Origin: Candidatus Latescibacterota bacterium | GTDB taxonomy: Bacteria; Latescibacterota; UBA2968; GCA-2709665 | Reading direction: 5' to 3' | Assembly: GCA_965237675.1 (NCBI GenBank) | Contig: OZ250150.1 | Span: 1,728,001-1,792,000 of the forward strand | Length of the DNA stretch: 64,000 nucleotides | Part shown: in pieces, positions 1 through 9,150 of the stretch | How the letters are laid out: the number at the start of each line of letters is the position of its first letter | How positions within the stretch are numbered: position 1 is the first letter of the stretch | Made by a program: the position numbers and the translations under genes | Notes under the pieces: generated by a model | The model's database searches: none | Seen by the model: the letters and a program-made list of their open reading frames with translations, nothing else | What the model was told of the DNA's origin: nothing

Positions 1-127
1 GAATGGCGACGGGGAGACGGCGTTGATGGGGGTTCTGCCCGCGGGTGCGACCGCCTCGGCGTTTGTGGAGGGATGGCTGGTGCTGGGGTGTGAGGACGGC
101 TCGATTGTCGCGTACTCCACGTTGTGA
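1..127 (+). CDS. 3' end of a beta-propeller protein, probably a fourth member of the large lyase-like/FG-GAP paralog family (partial)
   Basis: Frame 2 reads NGDGETALMGVLPAGATASAFVEGWLVLGCEDGSIVAYSTL*, resembling the C-termini of 21258-24974 (VVAGCEDGTLVV) and 24999-28697 (LLLGCSDGTLSMLGL); TGA at 125-127. Confidence 0.6.
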   Translation, partial: NGDGETALMGVLPAGATASAFVEGWLVLGCEDGSIVAYSTL

Positions 128-197
128 TAGCGGTCGGTGGCAGGACGAAGGTGACGGTCGGCTCCGAATTTTAGGGACTGAGGAGGGAGTCGGAGAG

Positions 198-2936
198 ATG
201 CTGCGAATTTTCTTTTTGTTCCTTTCCTGCCTTTTGTGGATCGAACGACCCGCGCTCGCCCTGCCGGACGATCCGTCGACGAGCGATCTTATCCGGGAAG
301 AAGTGCTCTTTTCAGCAGAGGGTGAAGCGCTGAAACAGGTGGCTTCAGGGGGGTTCGATCTGGTGCAGCGGGAGGTGGGTACGGTAGTTCGCACTCTGAC
401 GGCGGATTTCGCGTTAACGTTCGAGCCGGAACTGATGCCGGGGATCTACCGCCTGAGCGTTCTCTGTTCCGCCCCGACCACGTCGACCGATTCGTTCTGG
501 CTGGAAGTGAAAGGCGAGCGTCTGCCGCACCCGATCGTGTTGCCCAGGGGCGCGTACGGGGAGGCGTACCGCGCGTTTCGGCTGGATGTGCAAGGAAAAA
601 CGAACATACGCCTTGTGCTGCGGGAGCGGCCCGGTGTCAGCGTGGCTCGCCTGAAGCTCACGCATTTGACGGTACAGGTCGATGCGGCATCGGTGATCCG
701 GCCGGCCCTGGCGGAGGAGCGCCCGCGTCTGTTTATGACGCGGTGGGACGCCGAGCGTTTGCGCAACGCACAACGCAGCGCGGCCGGCCAGCGGCTCTAT
801 CGCCGGCCGGGGATGTTGAGGGGCACGCCGCCTCCCCCATCGGGTCCGCCAAAGCGCGCGGGGTGGGCGTGGAGGATGGAGAGCCAGGCGATTCCCTGTC
901 TGCTCTCCAATTCGCCGGATGCGACCGAGCGTTTCGAGGCTATCCGGCGCCACATACTCGCGATCTGTACATACGATAAGTGGCTTCCGGACGGCTGGTC
1001 GCACAGCACACCGGATCTGGACCTGGACGCGGCCTATATGATCCACGGGACCGCGATTGCCTACGACTGGCTTTACAACTGGTTCACCGACGAGGAGCGG
1101 CGGATCATCCGGGAGAAGCTGGCGTACCAGGCCCGGCTCATGTTCGAGGCGTCCTTTATGGAGCGGATGTACTGGGCGCGCACGGTGCAGCAGAACCACT
1201 ACTGGTTCGATAATTACGCCATCGGCGTGGCCGGCGCAGCGCTTTACGGCGAGGTCCCCGAGGCCGAGGTGTGGATGGCCTGGAGCTGGGACCGCCTGCA
1301 GGGGACGCTGAAGACCTTTGCGGAGGACGGGGGGTTCCACGAGGGACCTGCCTACTGGAACTTCTCCGTGGGGTCGCTGTTTCGATGGATCGACCTGTAT
1401 GAGCATACAACGGGGCAGACCATCGCCCATGCGGACGCGTGGCTGAGAAAGACAGGCTATTTTCCGATCCATTACGTGTATCCCGATCTGCGTTCCGGCG
1501 CGGCGATCGAAGATACGTTTCGGCCCGGGGTTGTACCCGCGCTGGAGAGCCTGCTCTGGCTGGCCGGGCGCAATGGCGACGCCCGGCTGTTTCGTGTTGC
1601 CGAGTTGATTCACGCGGGCAGGCAGAGTACCCACTGGTGGACGTTGAAGGCACTGGCCGGGGACATGGGCACGGCGTTCGGACCGTTGGACGACCTGATG
1701 CCGAAGCTGGCCTATTACCCGGATGTGGAGATGTACTTTGCACGGACCTCGTGGCAGCCGGAGGCCACGATGTTGGCGCTTGGCGCGCGGCCTCTGGGGG
1801 GCCACACACTGGCTCGGTTGATCGAGGCGTATCCCTGGATCGGCGGTGTGGGGCACAACCATCCCGCGCAGAACAGCTTTGTGCTTTACGGTAGCGGGAA
1901 GGAGTTGGTGATCGACCCGGGCTATACGCTGAAGAAGGAAACGGCGAACCACAATACGGTTCTGGTGGACGGGCAGGGGCAGTACGGCGATGGAGAGCGG
2001 TGGCAGCGCTGGTATCCGGGATGGGCGCACATCGGGTACGCTTCCACGCAGTTTCCCTATGTGCGGGGGGAAGCGGCATCGGCGTACCCGCCCCAGTTGG
2101 GTCTGAAGCGCTTTACGCGCCAGATATTGATGGTGGACCGCCAGCGGGTCTTGATTGCCGATCACCTGGAGGCGGAACGACCGCGGCGGTTCACGTGGCT
2201 GCTGCATTTCGATGAGGACGCGGAGATAGTGTCGGCGGGCGAGGGGCGGTTTGCAGCGACTTACGAAGGCGCTTCGCTGCAGGTCGATATCCTGACCCCC
2301 GCGGGCATGGTCGCACGGATCGACCGCTACGAGCCGACGTGGAACAATATCCTTCGGCCTGACTATCACCCCCGGATCGGACAGCTCGCATTGACGACCG
2401 GTCCGGTAACGGCCACGCCGATAGTGGCCGCGTTGGGCCTCGACCCCGCGGCGGCGCGTCCGGCGCTGGAGATCAGGCCCCGCGTCCTGCTGGTGACGTT
2501 TGCGGACAGTACCCGCGTGGGTTTCAATCGAACGGGCGACGTGGTCACGGTGGATGGGCTCGAGACCGACGGGCGCGCCGTGGTGATCGCGCTGGATGAA
2601 ACCGGGGGACGCAGGGCCCGGGTTCTGGACATGCTTCGGTATCGCGACGGGTCCGGTCGGTTGCGCGACTTCTCGGAGGGCGAGGGAGAATTCGTCCTGA
2701 CGGACGGGGTCTGGCTGCCGACTTTCCAGGAGGGGCCCGTTGCGTTGCGGGGGGACTTCGACGGGAACGGTACGGTGGGTTTCAGCGACTTCGTGGCGTT
2801 CGCGCAGGGGTTCGGGTCCCGCGCCGGGACGGCGGGATGGGACGCCAGGTTCGACCTGAACGGCGACGGCGACGTGGGCTTTCAGGATTTCCTCATCCTT
2901 GCGGCTCAATTTGGACGGCGTGGTTACGGGGATTGA
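198..2936 (+). CDS. Secreted DUF4962/heparinase II/III-like polysaccharide lyase with C-terminal dockerin/EF-hand module
   Basis: ATG 198 after GGAG; signal peptide MLRIFFLFLSCLLWIERPALA; QQNH, DGGFHEGPAYW, GHNHPAQNSF, DPGY, ANHNTVLVDG motifs; paired DFDGNG/DLNGDG loops at the C-terminus. Confidence 0.85.
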   Translation: MLRIFFLFLSCLLWIERPALALPDDPSTSDLIREEVLFSAEGEALKQVASGGFDLVQREVGTVVRTLTADFALTFEPELMPGIYRLSVLCSAPTTSTDSFWLEVKGERLPHPIVLPRGAYGEAYRAFRLDVQGKTNIRLVLRERPGVSVARLKLTHLTVQVDAASVIRPALAEERPRLFMTRWDAERLRNAQRSAAGQRLYRRPGMLRGTPPPPSGPPKRAGWAWRMESQAIPCLLSNSPDATERFEAIRRHILAICTYDKWLPDGWSHSTPDLDLDAAYMIHGTAIAYDWLYNWFTDEERRIIREKLAYQARLMFEASFMERMYWARTVQQNHYWFDNYAIGVAGAALYGEVPEAEVWMAWSWDRLQGTLKTFAEDGGFHEGPAYWNFSVGSLFRWIDLYEHTTGQTIAHADAWLRKTGYFPIHYVYPDLRSGAAIEDTFRPGVVPALESLLWLAGRNGDARLFRVAELIHAGRQSTHWWTLKALAGDMGTAFGPLDDLMPKLAYYPDVEMYFARTSWQPEATMLALGARPLGGHTLARLIEAYPWIGGVGHNHPAQNSFVLYGSGKELVIDPGYTLKKETANHNTVLVDGQGQYGDGERWQRWYPGWAHIGYASTQFPYVRGEAASAYPPQLGLKRFTRQILMVDRQRVLIADHLEAERPRRFTWLLHFDEDAEIVSAGEGRFAATYEGASLQVDILTPAGMVARIDRYEPTWNNILRPDYHPRIGQLALTTGPVTATPIVAALGLDPAAARPALEIRPRVLLVTFADSTRVGFNRTGDVVTVDGLETDGRAVVIALDETGGRRARVLDMLRYRDGSGRLRDFSEGEGEFVLTDGVWLPTFQEGPVALRGDFDGNGTVGFSDFVAFAQGFGSRAGTAGWDARFDLNGDGDVGFQDFLILAAQFGRRGYGD

Positions 2937-3071
2937 CCGTGGATCGTGCGGTTCCACGATACGCGACAAGGAAGCCAATATTTCCGTGCGACCCGGCGCC
3001 CGAATTCCCGCAACCTGTTTCCGGGACAATACACTCATGGTTCTTTCTTCAGGTGCAGGAGGTGGACTGAA

Positions 3072-4106
3072 TTGTTCGAACTCGTTGTTTCGGTAAGCAC
3101 CGTAATTGTCGTCTCAGCAATCTGCTCTCTTTTCGAGGCGGTACTCTACGCCGTTCCCGTCAGCTACATTGAAAGCCTCTCCCAGAGGGGTGGCGTCTCC
3201 GGCAGGATCTTGAAGAACCTGCGTATGCAGAATGTGGATCGTCCCATTTCGGCCATCCTTTCCCTGAATACCATTGCGAATACCGGCGGCGCTTTTGTGG
3301 CCGGCGCGGCGTTTATCAAGGTTTTCGGAGGGCAGTGGGAGCATTATTTCACCATTTTTATCACACTGTCCGTCCTGGTCCTCTCGGAAGTCATCCCCAA
3401 GACCATAGGCGTGGTCTATAATCGATCCCTGGCGAAATTTATCGCGATTCCAGTCCAACTCCTGGTCTGGGTCTTATTTCCCTTTGTCGAGATGTGCCGG
3501 CTGGTGACCCGGACGTTTTCAAAGGGCCGGGCAAGCCAGGAGGTCTCCGAGGAAGAGATCACCGTTATGGCGCGTATGGGTCGACGGACCGGGGCCATAC
3601 AGCCGGATGAAGCACGCGTCATGCAGAACATCCTTTCTCTCAAACGCAAGACCGCGAGGGACGTGATGACACCGCGAACGGTCGTATTCGCGCTGAGCGC
3701 CGATCTGACCGTGGAACAGGCCCAGAAAGAGGCGGGCGTCTGGCCGTACAGCCGCGTTCCCGTTTACGAGAATGAATTCGAGGATTTGATCGGCGTCGTG
3801 ATGCGTCGCGATGCATTCAATGCGTTGACGGATGGGCGTGGGCAAACGCCTATCTCGGAACTGATGCATCCGGTTCACTTTGTAACCGAGACGGTCTCGC
3901 TGGACCGCGTTCTCGAGATGTTCCTGGTACGCAAGCAGCACCTCTTTGCGGTGATCGACGAATATGGCGGGCTGGCCGGGATCCTCACGCTGGAAGACGT
4001 GCTGGAAGAGATTCTGGGCAGGGAGATCGTGGATGAGTCCGATACCGTCACGGACATGCGGGAACTCGCGCGTCGCCGCCGCCGGCAGGTTGCTGAGGGC
4101 GAGTAA
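3072..4106 (+). CDS. CNNM/DUF21-CBS domain membrane protein (hemolysin/CorC-like)
   Basis: In-frame TTG at 3072 after GGAGGT; SAICSLFEA, SEVIPKT, DVMTPR, YSRVPVY, VIDEYGGLAGILTLEDVLEEILG motifs. Confidence 0.9.
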   Translation: MFELVVSVSTVIVVSAICSLFEAVLYAVPVSYIESLSQRGGVSGRILKNLRMQNVDRPISAILSLNTIANTGGAFVAGAAFIKVFGGQWEHYFTIFITLSVLVLSEVIPKTIGVVYNRSLAKFIAIPVQLLVWVLFPFVEMCRLVTRTFSKGRASQEVSEEEITVMARMGRRTGAIQPDEARVMQNILSLKRKTARDVMTPRTVVFALSADLTVEQAQKEAGVWPYSRVPVYENEFEDLIGVVMRRDAFNALTDGRGQTPISELMHPVHFVTETVSLDRVLEMFLVRKQHLFAVIDEYGGLAGILTLEDVLEEILGREIVDESDTVTDMRELARRRRRQVAEGE

Positions 4107-4220
4107 CCGTTACCTCGACCGAGAGTGTCGGGGGCGCCTGGACACGGATTTCCGGTTGGTGCGGAAATCGCTGTGAGTTTTTTTCGGCGCCATGCGCTTG
4201 AACTATTCGGGAGGATGTGA

Positions 4221-5492
4221 GTGGCGGCCAGACAGTTAGAGCTCTTCGACCGGCCTGACATGTCAAAAGGACGACTATCTTACGACGATTTCCTGGACGA
4301 AATTGAGAGTTTCGCCGAATTCCACAAGGAAACAGCAATCCTCGAATTCCCCGATTCGGACTTCGATATTCCTGTCTATGTCAATGAGTTCTGGACATCC
4401 AAACAGAGGGCGGCCCACTCGCTTCACGAGATCTCGTATCGCGCCTGCTTCAAGCCCCAGTTGCCGCGGTTTTTCGTTGAACGCCTGACTTCTCCCGGCG
4501 ACGTGGTCTACGATCCCTTCCTGGGGCGCGGCACGACCGTCATCGAAGCCGCATTGCTGGGGCGGACGCCCGTGGGGACGGACATCAATCCACTAAGCGA
4601 AATCATCGTGGCGCCGCGGCTCGACCCACCCCCGCTTGCGGCCGTTTCAGAAAGGCTGAAAGGGCTGACGCTTGAGAGCGAATGCGACACGTGGGACGAC
4701 TTGCTGGCGTTCTATCATCCGAATACATTGCGCCAGATAACGAATCTGAGGAAATACCTGCTGGGAAAAGGGGAAGACGGCAGCCTGGACGCGACCGACA
4801 GGTGGATCAGGATGGTGGCGACGAACCGGCTGACGGGTCATTCTTCGGGTTTCTTCTCGGTCTACACGTTGCCGCCGAACCAGGCCGTCACGGTCGAGCG
4901 GCAGCGGAGCATAAATGAGAGCCGAAAGCAGACACCTCCCGAACGGGATGTTCGGGTATCGATCCTGAAGAAATCCGGATCGCTCCTCAGTAAACTGGAA
5001 CAACACGACGCCGAACGGCTGCGCGAGATTTCCCGGATGGCGTTGCTCATCACCGGATCGTCGGACAATACGCCCGGGATTGGGAGCGATTCCGTCAGCC
5101 TTGTCGTCACGTCGCCCCCGTTTCTGGACGTGGTGGACTACCAGACGGACAACTGGTTACGATGCTGGTTCAACGGCATCGACGTGCAAACCGTCGACGT
5201 ATGGCATTACAAGAACCTGGAAGCGTGGCAGGCGGGAATGACGCGGGTATTCGTCGAGCTCAAACGCGTTCTGAAGCCTGGGGGCTATGTCGCATTCGAA
5301 GTCGGTGAAGTCCGCGGCGGGAGAGTCCTCCTTGAAACGCTGGTCGTTCCCGCGGCGTCCGAAGCGGGCCTGGTGCCGCTCATGGTTCTGGTGAATGATC
5401 AGGTGTTCACCAAGACGTCGAACTGCTGGGGCGTGGACAACCTGAAAAAGGGAACCAATACCAACAGGATCGTGCTGCTGAGGAAGTCCTGA
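4221..5492 (+). CDS. Amino (N4/N6) DNA methyltransferase, orphan
   Basis: SAM motif YDPFLGRGTT precedes catalytic VTSPPF; RVLKPGG; GTG start after GGAGG. Confidence 0.85.
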   Translation: MAARQLELFDRPDMSKGRLSYDDFLDEIESFAEFHKETAILEFPDSDFDIPVYVNEFWTSKQRAAHSLHEISYRACFKPQLPRFFVERLTSPGDVVYDPFLGRGTTVIEAALLGRTPVGTDINPLSEIIVAPRLDPPPLAAVSERLKGLTLESECDTWDDLLAFYHPNTLRQITNLRKYLLGKGEDGSLDATDRWIRMVATNRLTGHSSGFFSVYTLPPNQAVTVERQRSINESRKQTPPERDVRVSILKKSGSLLSKLEQHDAERLREISRMALLITGSSDNTPGIGSDSVSLVVTSPPFLDVVDYQTDNWLRCWFNGIDVQTVDVWHYKNLEAWQAGMTRVFVELKRVLKPGGYVAFEVGEVRGGRVLLETLVVPAASEAGLVPLMVLVNDQVFTKTSNCWGVDNLKKGTNTNRIVLLRKS

Positions 5493-5609
5493 AGGTGCTT
5501 CGCAGACTACGCTACTTTCGCCCGTTTCATGTCAAAATCGCTGTTTGCAAAGGCGTTACCGCCCTGGCCGATCCCGGCTTTCATATGGACATAAGGAAAG
5601 CCGACGCCC

Positions 5610-5775
5610 TAACAGCCCGTTGAAAAAGTCCATCCGGGCTGCGGCCGGCTCTTGTAGCCGAATTACTGCGTTGCGCTTCCTCCCCGAATCCCCCGATTCG
5701 ACTCGGTCGCGCGCCTTGTCTTCGGTCACAATGGCTCGGCCTCGCCTGCAGAGCAACTTTATCAACGGACTGCTA
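5610..5775. mobile_element. MITE (~165 bp) with IS5/IS1182-style terminal inverted repeats
   Basis: Left TAACAGCCCGTTGAAAAAGT versus reverse complement of right end TAGCAGTCCGTTGATAAAGT (17/20); internal imperfect palindrome; intergenic. Confidence 0.7.
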
Positions 5776-5955
5776 ACCATCTGTCACGAAAAGCAGGATG
5801 GGAGATCAAACGATGAACTGTGACCTGTCTCCGCAGCCATTTTTTCGACAAGCCCTTTAGAGTCAGGAACGGGTCGGAATATCGGCATCACGTTTACCAC
5901 ACCACTCTTTTTAACCGCGTTAGCATCACCGTACTACTGGGGAGGATCGCACCGG

Positions 5956-7989
5956 ATGTTTTCAAAAAAGAATATTGTGTTCATTGCCACTTTGGCGTTG
6001 CTGGTATTCGTGGCATTCGTCGCTGCGGGTTCGGACGCGGATGCTGATCGCACGACAGTACAAGGGATCTCCGTCAATTCCTATGACCATGTCACCGCGT
6101 TTCTTCCGGACTTCGACGGCGACGGGACGGTTAGCTTCAGTGATTTCTTGCAGTTTGCGGCAAAATTCGGACTAAGTCAGGGCGATGACCGATATGATGC
6201 GATGTTCGATCTGAATGGCGACGGGGAAATCGGGTTTTCGGACTTTGTGATCTTTGCACGGAACTACGGGAAGGACCTTTCTTTCGGGATGCTCCTGCCC
6301 TGGGACCTTTCCAGGATTGTGCCGATCGAATCCGTCCGGTCCGTGCCTGCGGGCACGCGTGTTTTTATGCGGACCGAATTCGCCAACGGCGAACTCGCCG
6401 ACCTGGAAATGAAGTTCATCCAGGTCGTGGACGATTTCATGCCGCCCATGCCGGTCTACATGGTGGAAGCCTCCGATTCGGTCCTGGTAAGCCTGGGAGG
6501 CATTTCCAAGGGCATGAGCGGTTCCCCCATTTTTTCTGAGCAGGGCGCGTGGGGCGCGATCGCCTTCGGCTTTAACGCCCAGGACAGCCCACCTTATTAC
6601 TTTTTCGCCACGCCCATGGAATGGGTCATTGGCGCCAGGGGAACGGTACCCCTGGCCAAACGCGCAGCCACGTGGGGCGGAAGCAGCATCGTACCTCTGG
6701 ACGTTCCGCTGTTGAGTACCGGTCTCAGCCGTGGCCAGCTAACGCCGGAAGGGCGTCCGTCTCTCCTGAGCGACGCGGTCGCCGCCGGTTTGACGACGGA
6801 CCGCCAGACCAGCTTCGCGCCGGGCAGGCCGCTGGCGGTGGGTTTGCTGCTGGGCGAACTGACACGCGCCGCCTTCGGGACCATCTCCTTCGTGGACGGC
6901 GACCGGATCTATGGTTTCGGACATTCCATGCGGGATGCAGGACCTGTGGCGCTTCCCATTATTGAAGCAAAGGTGCTCGGAGAAATCTCCAATCTGTCGG
7001 CGCCCTTCAAATTCGCAACACTGAACCCGACGGTGCGTGGCACGCTGACAGAAGACCGCTTGCCGGGGGTTCGGGGCGTGCTCGGCGACGGGCCGACCCT
7101 GGTGTCGATCAAGAGCGTGTATGTGTTTCCATCGGGCGGCGACGTGGAGCTCTTGCATCGGATGCCCACCGCCGGCGTGAGCCCGAATATGTCTGTCGAT
7201 CTGGTCGTCAATGCGTTTTTCAGACCTCTGTCCAACCGGGTCGAGCAGGATCCGGACCACAGTATCCGCGTTACCGCGGACGTTTCCTTTGACGGTACCG
7301 ACTCCACGCTCTCGCGTACCCGTCTCCATGCCTCGCCCGACGGACGGCTCGGCTCCCTGATCCGGAATGCCGCTTCCGACGTGTCCTTCGCGCTCTCCGG
7401 TCTGATGACGAGGGACGATTACGCATTGCAGGTGAGGGATGCCGGTGTCCACCTCGAAATAATCTCCGAGCCTCGTTTCGCCAGGGTCGTTGAAGTGACT
7501 GCGGACACCGTCATCAGTCCCGGCGACATGCTCGCGGTTACCGCAGCATTGCGCGTAGGGCGGCGCAGCGACCGGGAGATCGAATTGTCGCTCAGTGTGC
7601 CGGATTCGTTTCCCGCCGGCGTCTACCGGCTCGAAGCGGGTTCGGTTGCGGCTTTGGGGGAAGACGACGCCGGTGGCGGCGGACCGCCTTCGTTTTTCGG
7701 CCCCTTCAGGGGCGAGGAGACGGTCGACGAAGTCTTTGCGAGGGTCAATAGCGAGGACGACAACATCGTGTTGAAAGCCCGGCTGACGTTCGAAATGCCG
7801 CTCGAAGCGCCCGGGGGTGCGGGCTCCCCGCCGGGCTCCGGGTCTGGGGGCGCATCACCGCCCGGTCGAGGGAGAGGCGTTCCGCGCCAGGCGCCCCCGC
7901 CGATTCTTTCCGCACAAAAGGACGTCGATCTGTTTCTGGAGGGCTCAAAGAGCCTGAACATAAAGGTCGTCACCTCGACAGGGCCGTGA
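5956..7989 (+). CDS. Secreted SpoIVB-like peptidase S55 domain protein with N-terminal dockerin/EF-hand module
   Basis: Signal peptide; DFDGDG...DLNGDG module; GISKGMSGSPIF serine motif; IYGFGHSM; Gly/Pro-rich C-terminal linkers. Confidence 0.8.
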   Translation: MFSKKNIVFIATLALLVFVAFVAAGSDADADRTTVQGISVNSYDHVTAFLPDFDGDGTVSFSDFLQFAAKFGLSQGDDRYDAMFDLNGDGEIGFSDFVIFARNYGKDLSFGMLLPWDLSRIVPIESVRSVPAGTRVFMRTEFANGELADLEMKFIQVVDDFMPPMPVYMVEASDSVLVSLGGISKGMSGSPIFSEQGAWGAIAFGFNAQDSPPYYFFATPMEWVIGARGTVPLAKRAATWGGSSIVPLDVPLLSTGLSRGQLTPEGRPSLLSDAVAAGLTTDRQTSFAPGRPLAVGLLLGELTRAAFGTISFVDGDRIYGFGHSMRDAGPVALPIIEAKVLGEISNLSAPFKFATLNPTVRGTLTEDRLPGVRGVLGDGPTLVSIKSVYVFPSGGDVELLHRMPTAGVSPNMSVDLVVNAFFRPLSNRVEQDPDHSIRVTADVSFDGTDSTLSRTRLHASPDGRLGSLIRNAASDVSFALSGLMTRDDYALQVRDAGVHLEIISEPRFARVVEVTADTVISPGDMLAVTAALRVGRRSDREIELSLSVPDSFPAGVYRLEAGSVAALGEDDAGGGGPPSFFGPFRGEETVDEVFARVNSEDDNIVLKARLTFEMPLEAPGGAGSPPGSGSGGASPPGRGRGVPRQAPPPILSAQKDVDLFLEGSKSLNIKVVTSTGP

Positions 7990-8071
7990 TATTGAGGCGA
8001 ACCTCGTTACCACGGGCGCTGTTGGCGAATTGACCCGCAAATACCGGAATCAAACGGATGAGGGTGTTGTC

Positions 8072-9094
8072 ATGTCCGATAGCAAAATAGGGATTGGAAT
8101 CATCGGTGGAGGCAAGGCGGGACGGAACTTCGCCCTGGCCATCCGGTCCTGCGCGGGCGCCGAAGTGCGGATGCTCTGCACCCGGCACGAGGCGTCGGCC
8201 AGGGAGGCGGCGGAGTCCTGCGGGGTTGGGGGATGGACCACCGATTATCACGCGATGTTGCGGGATCCGCACATCCAGGCGATCATCGTTGCCACGCCCG
8301 ATGAATTTCACTGCGAGCACACGGTCCTGGCCGCCCGGGCGAAAAAACACGTGTTGTGCGAGAAACCGATGTGCCGCTCTCCCGAAGAGGCGGATCGGAT
8401 GATTCGAGCGGCGCGGGAGAACGGCGTGATTCTGATGGTTGGATTTACGGAGCGGTACAGCCATCCCTGCGCCGAAGCCAAAAGGCGGATCGATGCCGGA
8501 GAGATCGGCACGCCCAGGATGATGCTTGCCAGGCGATGCCATCCGCTTTCCGTGCTGAGAGGCAGGGCATGGGTGAATGACGATGAGACTGGCGGCGTTC
8601 TGAACTATGCCGGCCCGCACAATATCGATCTGGTTTGCTGGTTGATGGGAGGGGCGCCGGAACGGGTGTACGGTGAGATGGGCCAACTCATTCTGAAGGA
8701 TCAGAATTTCACGGATTGCGCGGTGATGACGTTCAAGTTTCCCAATGGGTCCATCGCGGCGCTCTATGAGACCTTTGCGTATCCGGGTACCTATCCCCAC
8801 GGCGTGGACAGGAACATCGAGATCCTGGGAGACCGGGGGGTCCTGCACGTGGATTTCATGTCCCAGCCACTGAAGGTGTTTACGGATGCGGGTTACCAGG
8901 TGGCCGATTCGATTACGTGGCCGATGGCCGAACGGGGGATTCAGGGGGCGTTGCTGGCCGAAGTCGAGCATTTCATCGGTTGCGTACGAGAGGGAAAAAC
9001 GCCCCTGACGACCGGTGAGGATGGCAAACTCGCCATGAAGATCGCGCTTGCGGCAAGAGCGGCCGCCAACTCGGGAAGAGCGATACCCATCTAA
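8072..9094 (+). CDS. Gfo/Idh/MocA family oxidoreductase
   Basis: IGIIGGGKAG, ATPDEFH, HVLCEKPM, GGVLNYAGPHNID. Confidence 0.92.
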   Translation: MSDSKIGIGIIGGGKAGRNFALAIRSCAGAEVRMLCTRHEASAREAAESCGVGGWTTDYHAMLRDPHIQAIIVATPDEFHCEHTVLAARAKKHVLCEKPMCRSPEEADRMIRAARENGVILMVGFTERYSHPCAEAKRRIDAGEIGTPRMMLARRCHPLSVLRGRAWVNDDETGGVLNYAGPHNIDLVCWLMGGAPERVYGEMGQLILKDQNFTDCAVMTFKFPNGSIAALYETFAYPGTYPHGVDRNIEILGDRGVLHVDFMSQPLKVFTDAGYQVADSITWPMAERGIQGALLAEVEHFIGCVREGKTPLTTGEDGKLAMKIALAARAAANSGRAIPI

Positions 9095-9150
9095 GGCGCG
9101 TTCGAGCACTTAAGGGCGTTGTGCACAAATTCGATGGAAAGGGAGAGCTT

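Noticed and set aside
7800-7905. Gly/Pro-rich low-complexity stretch as a tandem repeat
   Set aside because: In-frame flexible linker of the S55 protein with no regular nucleotide unit
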